Positions 12,666 through 26,625 of a DNA stretch of 64,000 nt are shown here, one piece after another. The translations under genes were made by a program, and so were the position numbers. The notes beneath the pieces were generated by a model. It was not told where the DNA came from. It searched no databases and saw only the letters and a program-made list of their open reading frames with translations. The stretch's first letter is position 1, and every line of letters begins with the position of its first letter. This DNA is from Octopus sinensis (Eukaryota), in NCBI RefSeq assembly GCF_006345805.1, contig NC_043003.1, positions 56,854,001-56,918,000 on the forward strand, in the 5' to 3' direction.

Positions 12666-13844
12666 TAAAAGTCTGCTACGATTTTGTTAGTACAATAATT
12701 CAATAGTTATTTTGGTAATTCCTAGTTTTTGATCATTGTTTGGAAATACGACAAAATACAGATATTAAAGCTCTTAATTGATAACATCAATGGAATGAAA
12801 ATTTGGTTAAATGTGTTTGCAAGTACAGGTTATAAAATATAACCTGGCACATACTACAGTAAAATATTACAGGTTGGTTATGTAATATCAATAAAGTGTT
12901 AGTGTGCGTAATACCTTGCGGTAGAAATTTTATGGAAGACTCTACATAAATATGTTTATATTTTATTAAATAATTTCACTGATTTCTATTGTTAAATCGA
13001 TCGTAAATATTTCTTACTTACATGGAAAATATATGCAATTGGATAATGGCCAACTGTAAAGATAGAAATAGATAACGTATGCGATTTTAAAATGAGAGAA
13101 GTTATGCAGTCGAGGTAAAGACAAAGTTTTCTGCTCTATCTAAGAAATGGAGCTAGAGACCGCGGTAAGAATCAGCTGGGGTACGATTGCTGCCGAGTGA
13201 ATTGTGAATTTTGTTATTTTATAAACACACATGGTTCGCTGATTTCAAGCGTCTAATTGAATGAAATAATAAAATACGTCTCACAACGGACTAAAATGAA
13301 AACATGAAGTGCAATCATTTCAGTCATACGTACCATACACATACACATACACACACAAACACACATGCTCATATACACACGCATGCATAAATAGTCACAT
13401 GCGTATGTGTGTGCGTGTGTGTACAAGAGAGAAAGTGATAGTGAGAAAGAAAAAGAGAGTAAGAGAGGGAAATATATTCAGCAGTTAGGGTTAAAATGTT
13501 TAAAGCGGATACTAAGATAAATAATGGTCAATTTAACGTTAACTTCCTAAATTCAGAGTACATTAAGCTAACTAGAAAATTCTCCGAAGCAATCAATAAT
13601 ATTAATTAACTCCAAACATTGTTTCAATCCTGGATGCGTAATTAATTCTATACAGTGCAACGCCATCAATGGCCGGTTCGCAGTTTCAAGCGACGAAAAG
13701 TTTCACACTATACTAGTTTCAAATTTTGGCACAAGGCCACAAATTTTGGTACTAAATTATGTGGAAAAAATGTTGAAAATAAATTTAAATATATATGTGT
13801 TTTTCTGAATGGTTTATGTATCTCATTTATTTATTGCAGACAAG

Positions 13845-13990
13845 GGGCTACACACAGAGGGGACAAACAAGGACAGACAAACGGATTAAGTCGATTATAT
13901 CGACTCGAGTGCGTAAATGGTACGTATTTAATCGAATGTTTTATGTATGTCTTCCACACTGCAATCGTTTCAGTTTCAACACTTGAATTC
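13845..13990 (-). mobile_element. SINE family A, partial copy
   Basis: Reverse complement of core and the TTTGTCTGTCCTTGTTTGTCCCC tail. Confidence 0.7.
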
Positions 13991-14083
13991 AGATCAAATG
14001 GTTTGCTGACCAAGATTACCTTCATAATTCTAGTTTGTTTATAGCACCTGGCATTACATAATTTATGAAATATTACTAACAGA

Positions 14084-14472
14084 GGGTAAGGCGTAGCCGT
14101 TTGGTAAGAACTTTACTTCCTAACCACAACAAGGCCTCCGGATTCAGTGTCACAGCGTGGCGCATTGGGCACTATATCGCGTCGTCCTGACCAAAGATTT
14201 GTGAGTGGACTTGATAAGAAACCCGCCGTATATGTGTATGTGTGTGTGTGTGCGTTCGTACATGTATGTGCATGTTTTCGTGTCTGTGCTCCCTACCACT
14301 GCTTGACAATCGGTATTAGAGTATTTATGTTCCTGTAACATAGTGGTTCAGTCAAAGAAACTGATAAAATAACTGCCAGACTTCAAAATAAGTATTGGTG
14401 TTCGATTAGTTCGACTAAAAGTTTCTCGAGGCGGTGCACTAGTAGTCTAATCAGCGAAACTTGTAAAAGAAT
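14084..14472 (+). mobile_element. SINE family B, diverged copy
   Basis: tRNA-like head, internal (GT)n, GCTTGACAA block and GGCGGTGC tail, as in the 17064 copy. Confidence 0.7.
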
Positions 14473-15016
14473 ACTTAAATAAAAGATGTACCCCAGCTCT
14501 TGTCCGGCAATTCGTTTCGGAAATATACAAGTGATAAGGTTTAATAATATACAAAGCTGTTCAGGTTTATGACCCATCATAATTTATATTTTACGATTTT
14601 AATTAATTTACATTCCGAGTATGTGACAATGACTTTTCTCCACACTGAACGTTTAATCAAAATAATTAGAATGTCTTCATTCGGTGCGTTTAGTATATTA
14701 ACAACCACTATACTCTCATCTTAATATACACTGCAGGAATCCATGCAATTTTACGCATTTAGCATTTTTTCATCTTCTGGGCGATCCTCAGTGATTTACT
14801 ATAAATTCGAAAACTTGATTATATGCTAATTATTAGACGAAGGTAATTCATAAGTAAACACGCTAGAGTTGAAAGCGTTATTATGCATATATAGATATAT
14901 TCATTTAAATTCCATCTGTTGATTGTTATCGTTTATTTTCCGATTAAATTTAACCGTTTGTGATGCCATTTGATATATATATATATATATATATATCAAA
15001 TATATGTCTGTATGTA

Positions 15017-15073
15017 TATATATATATATACATACATACATACATACATACATACATACAGACAGACAGACAT

Positions 15074-15104
<31 letters not shown>

Positions 15105-15115
15105 TACAGACAGAC

Positions 15116-15184
<69 letters not shown>
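15017..15184. repeat. Compound tetranucleotide microsatellite (TACA)n-(GACA)n-(GATA)n
   Basis: Directly visible. Confidence 0.95.
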
Positions 15185-15186
<2 letters not shown>

Positions 15187-16527
15187 ATGCTACGCTAGAC
15201 ACTTGATGTTACGCCGACTAAAGTATTTTAGAAAGCGGAAGCAGTGTATTGACTATATTTGATAAAATTATGTTTAATTTCATTTACTTTATTGAACGAG
15301 CAGATAAGAACAAAGGCGGCAGTTGAAAGTTTGCGTCCACGGTGAAAATAATTTTAAGATTCCACTAGTTGTTTGAAAACACAAAAGTATAAGTTTATGT
15401 GAGAAATAATTGGTATAGGTATCTGAATATGGTGAGAAAAAAAAACCAGGAAAGGTTCGAAATCTAAACAGATTCTTAAAATAGAGTCGGCAGAAAACAA
15501 TTCGAACTCATGAGATATCATAATCGTTTGCAACGACGGTGACCAATAGTAAATGTAGAACGACAGTCAAATGCCTTGCATTATTCTGAAAAATTCCGGT
15601 ACATCCTTCTTCCGACGGTCTTACAAATTGTTTAAAGCTTCAAACAATAGTCTTTGTAGCATTTATTCCGGTTGTTTTCATCCGGAGTTCAAGTCACATT
15701 GAGATCGACTTTTCCGGTTATCCATGTTTCTCTCAGTTCGATATAATAGAATATTAGTTAACTGCTGGGATCGATTGTGTTGAATATCCCTTGCAATAAA
15801 CCCTGGTCGTTAGAAACAATTTAGATTTTTAAAAAATACCTTCCTTGAAGGAGCTTTTAGACTACAATAGGTCTGTGAGATAATTATTTTATTTTATGAA
15901 TATTTTTCTCCTCTACCAATTCATTTTTTGACCAAAATTCTCAAATCTCAACGTTCTTTTCAATTGCTTTTAACCTTTTGTATATTTAACATAATTTAGA
16001 TATTTGGAGATGGTTGTCACTTTAAGATTTTAGATATAGCGTGAAATTCAGACATTTACATAACGTGAAGGTAAATGATTAAATTGAACGATATTGAAAA
16101 CTTTGAAATATTAAAAGAAATTTGTATAATTTTATACTGAAATAAACTTGCAGTAAGCAGAATTTCAATCTACTTTACCACAGAAAAAAAATCAGTGTTC
16201 TCTTTCTTCAGACATGTAAAATCGTATTAAATATATAGATGTTGGCCAGTACGATATATGATATAAAATGTAAAAAAAGCATTTTAATTATATAACATAT
16301 AAATGATATTATATATAATATATATCACTCAATATATAATATATTACATAATATATAATATAATATGTAATAATTAATATATAATTATATGCTACATATA
16401 ACATGAAGCTCTAGACTTTTAATTAAATAAGATAATTACATAAAGGCAGTAATTTATGTAAAATGATGGCCTTGTAGACTTTAAGTCGGTAAATTCATAT
16501 CTTAATATGCATATATCTATTAGGAGT

Positions 16528-16975
16528 GGAAGCTGGTAGAATCGTTAGCACGCCGCGCGAAATGCTTGCGGCATTTCATCAGTCATGACGTTCTTAGGTC
16601 GATTGTTCGAATTCTGCCGAAGTCGACTTTGCCTCTCAACGTTTGGGGTTTGATAAAAAAAGTACCAATTGAGTATTAGGGATGTAATTGACTTCCTCAC
16701 CCCTACATTGCTGGCCTTGTGCCAAAATTTGCAATCGATATGTATTTATAAACTAGGGCTTCGACCTGATAGAATCGTGAGTACACCGGAGAAAATGCTT
16801 AGCGGTATTTAGTCCGTTTTTAAGATTTCCTTTTCAAATTCCGCCGAGGTTGAGTTTGCCTCTCATCGTTTCGGGATCGATAAAATAAGTACCAGAGAAG
16901 CACTGAGGTCGATGTAATCGGCTTAGCGCCATCCCACCCCAAATTACTGGTGTTCTGCCAAAACTTGAAACCAGT
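16528..16975 (+). mobile_element. SINE family A, two diverged tandem copies
   Basis: Head, B-box and core twice; tails ending GCCAAAATTTGCAATC and GCCAAAACTTGAAACC. Confidence 0.75.
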
Positions 16976-17063
16976 GTATTTGTACCTATTTTAATTACAA
17001 TTTATATACAGTAAGATATTCGATTTGTGGATACATTTATATGAAAATAATAACTGTTATGCA

Positions 17064-17237
17064 GGCGCAGGAGTGGCTGTGTGGTAAATATCTTGCTTAC
17101 CAACCACATGGTTCCGGATTCAGTCCCACTGCGTGGTACTTTGGGCAAGTGTCTTCTACTATAGCCTCGAACCGACCAAAGCTGTGAGTGGATTTGGTAG
17201 GCGGAAACTGAAAGAACTTCATCGTATATATAATATG

Positions 17238-17287
<50 letters not shown>

Positions 17288-17483
17288 TGTTTGTCCCCCC
17301 AACATCGCTTGACAACCAATGCTGGTGTGTTTACGTCCCCGTAACTTGGCGATTCGGCAAGAGACCGATACAATAATTACTTGGCTTCCAAAGAATATGT
17401 CCTGGGGGTCAATATGCTCGACTATAGGCGGTGCTCCATCATGGTCGCAGTCAAATGACTAAAACAAGTAAAAGAGTAAAAGA
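17064..17483 (+). mobile_element. SINE family B, near full-length
   Basis: GGCGCAGGAGTGGCTGTGTGGTAA head, B-box-like GGATTCAGTCCC, internal (TA)/(GT)n, tail GGCGGTGCTCCATCATGGTCGCAG..AAAAGAGTAAAAG. Confidence 0.85.
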
Positions 17484-18521
17484 TCCTGGTAATGGTTTTT
17501 TTTTTTTGCGCGCGTATGAACAACCTATAAAAAAACTATTATAATATAAGTTTATATTGAAATAAAATAAATGGAAGTGTAGATATCATCTGTGATATTT
17601 TAGTAGATAGGAACTTACGTTGTAGCTTTAATAATCGAGATTCATGACTGAGTATAGTTTTACTGCGTTAATGTATCTGAACAATAAATATTACAAAACT
17701 AGTTTCCGCAATGCTTGCTTTCACTTTAGGCACAATACTTATGAAACGGCGGGGGGGATAATACTATGTTGCTTTTCCTGGTAGTTAATATTTAATATGA
17801 TTGTTTAAACAATACAGTAGGTAAATTGTATCTCGATACAGTTGCATCACAGTCTTAGAAGGTATCCTTTACCTTGTATTAGTTCTACCATTGTAGAATG
17901 CTCTCTCATAATGACGGATACATTTTTATAAACGAGGTTTTAAAAAAAAATGCCTAGTTAATTTTAGTATAGTGTGTTAGATTTATTCCATTTTTTGTCG
18001 AACTACTGTGTTCAAATTCTATTGAAATAAGTTTTGCCTACGTCTTCTATAAATAAATAATAAATTAGCATTGCTGGCATTCTACCCGAAAATATATGTA
18101 GTTAGACGAATTATATTTACACTGAAATACTGAATTATGTTGAGACAACGGAAGTTAATGTTTGTATAATAATTCCTGTGATACTAAGCATATTAGAAAT
18201 AGTTTCCGATACAATAAGTTTTATATTTTCTTTTGTAGCCGTGTGATTATTGCAAATTCTTATGTTAATATTCATTGCATAAAGTTAGTTTACTCCAACA
18301 AAATTCCTACATCATTCTTAGAAATTTAAATGTGTTGTACCACGATTAGATTATATTTCTGTGACAAGGACGCTATCGTGCCCAGCGCCATTCTCCTGAG
18401 TACTGAGCTATGCTAAATAACCATCTTTGGATTCAAAAACACTATTGGATCCTAAATATTGGACCATGGTAAATGTTATTTACTTTGTACATTACTAACT
18501 CTCTCTCTCTCTCTTACTGCT

Positions 18522-18556
<35 letters not shown>

Positions 18557-18785
18557 GTTTTTGTTAAACATTCCAAATGGATGAAAGTTGAGGTTGTTTG
18601 TGCAGGAAGCAGGTGTTTACCAATCCAGTTCTAGCCATAAAAAAAATATGCTTTACAAACAAACAAATCTGGTGTTTAACAATCCGGCACTCGTCATAGA
18701 AAAATAAAACTATGGGGTTTCAAGAATTATTTTGTTTTGACGTTTTCAGCGTAGAAAAGGTCAGCATACACGAACTTCTTTCCAG

Positions 18786-18866
18786 ATTTTCTAAATTGAT
18801 AAGATGCAGAGAGAAAAAAGCAAAAAAAGCAAGATTTCTAATGGACTGCAAACAAACAGGTATTAT
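18786..18866 (+). CDS. Candidate internal exon, uncharacterised gene
   Basis: Acceptor CTTCTTTCCAG; single open frame FSKLIRCREKKAKKARFLMDCKQTGI; the GTAGGC donor gives a phase compatible with the 19255 exon. Confidence 0.3.
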
Positions 18867-19254
18867 GTAGGCGTGAAACAACAGTTAAGTTGTCTTGCGT
18901 TATTTTTTGAAATCTCCTGCATTCTGTGTCAAATTAGCAACTATGTCAATTTGAATATCATCTTTCTGGCTTCTGTAAAAAAACCAAGACTGAATACATT
19001 TTAATCAACGGAATTCCTCTACAAGGAGATTTTCTGTCACGCATCCATCTTAGAGATCATATATTAATCATTAATAATATCTGTATCCACTACGTACTCT
19101 TGTTTTTAAATCAACTACACAAGTTCTACTTGCTTATCAATCTATCAATAGTTTTAATAAATTGCAAGCAATTAGGTAATTAAGATGGTTGTTGAAGAAA
19201 ATGTTTGAATATAAGTTTCGTTTTAATATAGAGAGAGAGGTTATAGAATTGTAG

Positions 19255-19395
19255 GATACAAAATTATCGACAAAGAAATCTAATTAAATATTGTCGAAAT
19301 TATGATAAAAGTGTTAAAGGAAAATTACTCAGAAAAGAACTGCAAGTAATTGGAATTCACCACGTGATTAGTACACTGAAAGCGAAAATCACTCC
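19255..19395 (+). CDS. Candidate internal exon, uncharacterised gene
   Basis: Open frame IQNYRQRNLIKYCRNYDKSVKGKLLRKELQVIGIHHVISTLKAKIT, perfect GTAAGT donor, phase 2 matching the next exon; acceptor is weak. Confidence 0.5.
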
Positions 19396-19546
19396 GTAAG
19401 TAAATAGTACACGTCTTGTAAACAGTACACAGAAAATAAATACATAAGTGAGACGTGCAAAATACATGACATTTTCGCTAAGTGCGATGCTATGAATGTT
19501 TAATATTTTGAGTTCATTTTAGTTATATTCCTATGTATATTCCCAG

Positions 19547-19685
19547 AAGCAATTCGGGCTGCTTACAGATAAGCTATGGACATATCCATTCTTCGTCTGA
19601 GAGAGACGCAACAGAAAAAGGTCGACGGCGAAATATTTCTTGGTATATACTTCCGGTAAATATTTCTGAAAGTACAAATTATGAC
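19547..19685 (+). CDS. Candidate internal exon, uncharacterised gene
   Basis: Acceptor TATATTCCCAG; only one open frame, SNSGCLQISYGHIHSSSERDATEKGRRRNISWYILPVNISESTNYD; GTAAGT donor. Confidence 0.55.
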
Positions 19686-19853
19686 GTAAGTTACTAAAAT
19701 ATGAATGAATAAGACAAGCAGTATTGTTATATACTATATACAAAATAAATTACATGGAGCGTCTCAGAATTAACTATCTATTTCAATAAAATTGGGCAAA
19801 GTAATAAAAACGAAAAAAAAAACTGACACAAATTTGTTTATTACTTAATTATG

Positions 19854-20186
19854 AAGGCGCATGTCTCAGTGGTTAGAGCGTCGAGCATACGATCGTGAGG
19901 TTGTGTATTGAATCCCGGACAGGGCTGCGTGTTGTATTCTTGAGCAAAACACTTTATTTCACGTTGCTCCAGTTCATTCATCTGTAGAAATGAGTTGCGA
20001 TGTCACAGGTGCCAAGCTGTATCTGCTGTTACCTTTCCCTTGGATAACATTGGTGGCGTGGAGGGGAAGGCCGGTATGCATGGGCGACTGCTGGTCTTCC
20101 ATAAACAAACTCGCCCGGACTTGTGGCTAGGAGAGTAACTTTCTAGGTGCAATCCCACAGTCAGTAATGACCGAAGAGAGTCTCAT
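19854..20186 (+). mobile_element. SINE family C (tRNA-Arg-like head), full-length with TSD
   Basis: 10-bp TSD CTTAATTATG at 19844-19853 and 20187-20196; A-box and degenerate B-box; body matches 34340-34598. Confidence 0.85.
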
Positions 20187-20229
20187 CTTAATTATGGTAC
20201 CAAAAGAAACGAATTTATATGTTAGGTCA

Positions 20230-20460
20230 AACCTTTATTGAAAATTCTCAACACTCGCTCCGTCTATATACTTCCAAATTTGTCATCTATCCTTAGCGCA
20301 CCAGTTTAAAGTATTTCAGGAGTTATCTCCCACAATGCTAACTGAATGCGTTCTTTAAGTTCATCTAAAACCACTGCTTCATCCTGTGGATGGGAGTAGA
20401 GAGATGGTTTGCTGCCAAATTGTAGAAAAGCAGTTGTGGACGGATAAGTGGGATCCAACA
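20230..20460 (-). mobile_element. Tc1/mariner transposase C-terminal remnant
   Basis: Degenerate ...ELKERIQLALWEITPEIL motif. Confidence 0.35.
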
Positions 20461-21323
20461 GAAATAAAGATAATATTAATAAAAACTATAAAAATTATAA
20501 CATTATAAGCAAAATATAAAATTTATATATTTTTAACATATTAAAAATAATAAACATACATAAAGTGATTTACTAAAAAAAATTGTCAGATTTCAGCGAG
20601 ATTGTTCGTACTCGGACATTTTGTATGTTAATATGCTGTATGTTAACATATATATTAATATGTTGAGAGTTCCAGTAATTTGTGGATACTTGCTGTGTGC
20701 GTGTGTGTGTGTAAGTGCGTGTCCATGTGGTTGCGTGTGCGTATGTCTGTGTGTAGTTAGATATATAGATATAGAAATATGTATATTTAGACATATATGC
20801 TTATGAATGTGTAAGTGTGTGTAAATATATTTATACATAAATGCATACAAGTGTGTGTCTCTGTTAATCTTAGCTCGCCCCACCCCTCCTCTGCTTCAAA
20901 TCCGGTATTGGTTTACGTTCAAGTAAATTTGGTTCCGCCAATGTGATCGATTGAATATATCTCAGACGTAAAAGTCAAGGTCCAATTTGTAGTAGTTAAT
21001 TGAAGGTTGTGCATCAGAATAAGAACCATGGCTTGTTAAGAGGAATAATACGCCTGAACATATGGCATATTGTAAACTATGCAATCGACTAGCATTTGGC
21101 ACTTACAATACTCGTTTTATGAACATTACACGGTTTGAACATTATACGGTATCAAGGAGGTGGGTTTCCTCAGAATAATGGGATGAAATTTTTACGATCC
21201 GTTTATTCTACAATAAAACCATATCAATAGGCGTAATTCTGTTGGTTATATACATATACAAGCACATATATGTACGCTTTCATACATCTTTGTATACCAA
21301 TATATATAATTCATATAATATGC

Positions 21324-21413
<90 letters not shown>

Positions 21414-21434
21414 ATGTATAAATATATTTATATA

Positions 21435-21480
<46 letters not shown>

Positions 21481-21797
21481 TATATATAAATACATTTGCC
21501 ATACTAGAGCGTTGAACTCTATACGTTTTTTATAATTCTCTCTCCGCTGATTTTCTCTTATTCCTTTCTGTTTAAGTGCGTAGGCTCGAAAAGTCAAATA
21601 CTTTTTCATTTTTCCCGCACGTTAAACCAATACAATTGCGTGTTGTTCATACACCTGCCTACATCTTCTGTTTTGCTATAAATTTCAATTATATTAATAT
21701 ATACTTACATAAATACGTAGATCCGCCCATCTATCTATGCATGCACACATACATACATACATACATACATACATACATACATACGTACATACATACA

Positions 21798-22135
21798 TGG
21801 TGGCTGCCCCCTCGTTATCCAGTATGGCCATTGCACGAAGCTTAATTAATGTTGTTATCATACAATGCCTGTGCAAGACGATTTCTTTTAAAGTGAGGAA
21901 AGGCTGTGCCCCGAGTCAATCCCACTCACTAAGCAACAGCAGCCATAATCCGAAAAGACGAACAAGTCAACATCATCGGTAACCACTGAGCCGCAGGTTT
22001 TATGTCGGAATTATCCCAGTTACCTGAGTTACCTTCTCCTAGAAGGATGCCCTAACAAAGGCTAGGAGTCCTTCACTTCCAATGTTTTAACCGCGCGATC
22101 GGGTATTCAGTCCGATTATTTCTACGTCCCCGCGC
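21798..22135. repeat. Unclassified interspersed repeat, probably LINE-related
   Basis: GC-richer block bounded by microsatellites; no convincing ORF. Confidence 0.3.
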
Positions 22136-22233
22136 ATATATATATATATATATATGTATGTATATAATTCATATAATATGCATATATATATATATATATA
22201 TATAATATATATATATATATATGTGTGTGTGTG

Positions 22234-22273
<40 letters not shown>

Positions 22274-22689
22274 AATACACATCTACAATACACATCTACG
22301 GCCATCTAATAAATGTCCTTAAGACATTTATTAGATGGCCGTTGACTCTCAAGAGTTCCTCCGCCCTTTGATGGGTTTTGTTTTTCATCCCGCAGGGTGT
22401 CCAATAAACACCCTCCTCACCGATGACCCGACCATGCAACAGGTTGTACTGGGTTACATGTTACCAGTAGTACTCGAAAGTGACCTGACATGCATACATA
22501 CATACTTACATACATACATACATATGTACATATATCTCGGTGATCATTTATCTTTTTCTTGTTTCATTCATTCGTCTCCGGTCACTCTGGAGCACTTCCT
22601 TGAAGGATTTTAGCCGAACGAATCAACTCCAGTACATGTTCCATCTGTCACATTTGCCAAAACGCTAGGTTAGAGAAGAATAAAAAATC

Positions 22690-22890
22690 CGGCACTGGTT
22701 GTCAAACGCTGGTGGTAAAGAAAAGCAACCACACACATAGAAACACATAACTCACTTATTTCCGTTTCCGTCTACCACATACACTCACAAGCTATTCGTT
22801 AGATTGGTGCAATAGAAGAATTGTCCAGGGTACCATGCAGTGGGACTGAACTCGGAAGTCTGTTGTTTGAAGGCAAACTTCATACCACAC
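22690..22890 (-). mobile_element. SINE family B, diverged partial copy
   Basis: Reverse complement of the head, ...GCAGTGGGACTGAAC... Confidence 0.6.
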
Positions 22891-23184
22891 AACTAATGTA
22901 AATAATTATTATCGTTATGGGAAAATAGGAATTGCTGCAAAAATTTTTTTCAAAAAATCATGTTCAGAATATATATGTTTACTTATGTTATTTGTAGCTG
23001 TTAAATAGTTTTATCGCTATAATAAAACAAGCAAAAAAGGAAATAATAATAATGCGCATAGCTAATAATGTTTTACGTAATAGCGCTTAAAAAGTTGACA
23101 CATACATATCACTAAAAGCATACATATCACTAAAAGCCTCCCTAAATAGATATCTATTTCTGTATCTAATGATCTCTCTTTCTT

Positions 23185-23234
<50 letters not shown>

Positions 23235-23365
23235 TTATATATATGTATGTATGTATGTATATATATATATACATATATATACTTATATGTAGATATATGT
23301 GTAAGATGTGTGTTTGTCTCTCCTTACATGTATTGGAGTATGCGTTAGTGTATGTGCAATTTTAA

Positions 23366-23433
<68 letters not shown>

Positions 23434-23980
23434 GTATATACATGTATGTATCAAATTGTGTATGTACAGAGACTTTTGCGTTAACGTGTGTATGAGAAAA
23501 ATTGTAACTGACTATAAATATTTACCGAATCAATAAAAATATTAGTCAAATACTAATATTTTTTCTCATATTATAATTATTTCTAGTTCAATTTTTAACT
23601 TAATATTAAATAAGATTTAATATGTTTACTCTGAGACTATTGACTTGCATTAATTAGGTTTACACTGATATAGAACATTCCTGTGCCACACTGACGTATA
23701 TGTTTAGTATATTATATTAAATGTGAAGCGCAATGAGGAGATTAAATAAGACCGAGACGCGTGTGTTTAGAAATCCAAATGCAGATACATATATATGAAT
23801 TTAACTAATACGGTGGTACTCATAAAAAATCTCCTTTATGGATCCGACCAGAAATCACATAATAATCAAAACAATGCAATGCGATACGATTATAGTTGTA
23901 TGGGAGTCCATTGGCGAAAAAACTTTTTTCATCTTATAGCTCCTCTCGTTCTTTATATTTTATACAAATATATAAGTATA

Positions 23981-24660
23981 CATGGGGTGAACAAAATAAC
24001 AGAGACATTTTAAAATCTCAAATTTATTTTAATATGGGGTAGAACCGTCATTGGCAGTTATTACTGCTTATGTTGTACAAGGTACGAACTCCTACAAAAT
24101 TTGAATTATTTCCAAAGGAAATTTTGTGCATTCTTCAGTTAAAACAGTATCCAGTTCTTTTAGTGATGATGGTAGAGGTTATCGACTGACTCCTTACTTG
24201 TTTTTCAAAAATGCACCATAAATGTACAATAATATTGAGATCTGGGGACTGAGGCAGACTGATAAGATATTCAACTCACTAGAATGTTCCTCGAGCCATT
24301 CAGTAACAATTTTAGCAGTGTGATTTGGTGCATTTTCATCCTAAAATATTGCATTTCCCTCTGGAAACAGTTCCGTAACTATAGATTGAATTTGATCAGA
24401 TAAAATGATTAAATAGTCTTTACTATTAATTCTACTATAAAGGGAAGCAATTGAACCAGCGGATTTCCAAGACTTAGCCCCCCATCCCACCCCCACCAGA
24501 TCATCACAGATACTCCTCCATGTTTAAGAATTGGAAGAAGGCAGTTTGCGTTAAATCCTTCTTTGGTTGTCTCCACACGTATACTCGGCTGCTGGTAAAA
24601 TAAAGTAAAAGGTGACTCGTCCAACAAAATAGCATTCTTCCACTGCTCTAGGGAGCAATT
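23981..24660 (-). mobile_element. Tc1-type transposon, 3' part, defective
   Basis: WKNAILLDESPFTLF, KHGGVSVMIW, degenerate DNAP, PQSPDLNIIVHLW, C-terminus AVITANDGSTPY*; probable terminus CATGGGGTG after TA at 23979-23980. Confidence 0.8.
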
Positions 24661-24927
24661 CCGTAGGGGCAACTGCTCTAGGGACCAATTATGAATACAT
24701 ATGCACTGACAGAGAAGCAGGTCTGGAAAAGGCCGAATCGAGTGGTTCTTACTGATGAGGCTATGGAATTAGACGAAAGTGACCGATCAGTGTATGGAAT
24801 TCTCGACCAGTGCTTTGGGGCATTTACGATCCCTGTAGATATGTATACAATTATGTGCTTTAACTACAGTATTAGAGCATTTTTGGTCTTATTTTTAGCA
24901 ATAGATATATTATTAAATATATATATA

Positions 24928-24972
<45 letters not shown>

Positions 24973-25303
24973 TACATATATATATACATAATAATATATA
25001 TCTATTCATTTATATAGATAGATAGATATTGAAGCGTGCATTTCTTAAGTACGTGTGAATGTATATATATATATATATACATAACAACTTTCCTCAAAAG
25101 TATATAAGTATATCAAATACATTTTCAGACACAACTTATTCATATCTGTTTTGTCGACCAATTATTAGCTTACATTCCGTGCCACTGAATTATTTTTATC
25201 GTTGTGTCATAACATTAACTGCTAAGTAATAAATGCTCTTTATTAACAGCAGTATATGCGTGGTTCTGCCTCTGTATTTATTATAACTAGAAATAGTTTT
25301 TAG

Positions 25304-25422
25304 TCACGGTCGGAACTACTTTTCGATAAAGAACCAAAATGTATGCATATGTTTAATGGTGTGTTACGTAATATTACTTCAAATATAATTGGCAAATACA
25401 TATTACTAAACACTTTGTATAG
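25304..25422 (+). CDS. Candidate internal exon
   Basis: TTTTTAG acceptor, open frame SRSELLFDKEPKCMHMFNGVLRNITSNIIGKYILLNTLY, AG|GTATAT donor; phases 0/2 fit 19685 and 27604. Confidence 0.25.
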
Positions 25423-25561
25423 GTATATGTACTATATATATATGTGCGTTTGTGCTTGTGTGTGTGTTTGTGTGTGCGTGTATATGTATGTCTATGAATA
25501 TATATCTTATATATACATATATATGCATGCATATTCATAAAGTGCTTATATGCATACTCCT

Positions 25562-25609
<48 letters not shown>

Positions 25610-26406
25610 TTATATTCTTATATATGTTATATATATATACATACATACATATATATATATATATGTATATATACATATGTATATATTCATGCTTGTGATT
25701 ATTAAGTCCTTCCTAACATGTTTAATTCGGGGAGGATTAATCTAACTAGTCTAGAGACACATTCAAATATATCTCAGGAAACGCTTGATTGACATATAAA
25801 CAATAGCTAAGTTTATGTTAAGAGTAGTTAATACAGAAATCATTAACTGAATAGAAATATTTGTTGAATCAATAAAAATGATATTTGGCAATACAATAGT
25901 AATGTTTTCATCGTTGCATAATTATCTCCAGTTAGATTTTTAAATACACACAACATCAAATATATTTCCACTAAGTTATTTCATGCTCCTTGCATTAATT
26001 TTGTTTCTACTAACTTGCGGTATTTCTATACCAATTCTGTCAATTTAAGTTCTGGCAATACATTTATAAGTGTATGGCTTCAAAGAAGCTCAAACAAGTT
26101 CTGGTTTTTGAATTTATTGCATAAGACGAAATTAATCCTCACTGTCTTATACATTTTGTGGATTTTTATTTAATTTCCGGGTTAGTCTCCAATGCGTTTT
26201 TAAACAAAAGTCAGCCATCAAGATAACGTTATCTAATTAGTGTAAATTAGAACTGATTATAGTATTTGACATATTACATGAAATATTACAGCATCTCAGT
26301 GCCCATATATTATCCGAATGCTTAGAATAATTTGATCTTTTTGGTACAGTTGAGTTATTGCCACTGGAGCCTTCTAATTCCATTCAAACTTGCAATATTG
26401 TGTTTG

Positions 26407-26625
26407 CGACTAAAGCGGCAAGCTGCTTGAATCATTAACTCGTTGGGCAAAATGCTTAGCAGTATTTCCTTCGTCTTCACACTCTTTGTTCAAATTCCAC
26501 CGAGGTCGACTTTGTCTTTCCCCTTATCCGGGTTGATGAAATAAGTACCAGTTCAGCAATAGCATCTCTGTAATACTCAGCCTCTTTCTCGAAAGCTCTA
26601 GCCTTGTACCAAAATTTGAAACCAC
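26407..26625 (+). mobile_element. SINE family A, old copy
   Basis: Head, GTTCAAATTCC, core, tail CCTTGTACCAAAATTTGAAACC. Confidence 0.7.

Noticed and set aside
18408-18468. ATG-started exon MLNNHLWIQKHYWILNIGP with a GTAAAT donor
   Set aside because: Splicing it to the 18786 exon creates TGA at the junction, and no compatible intermediate exon was found.
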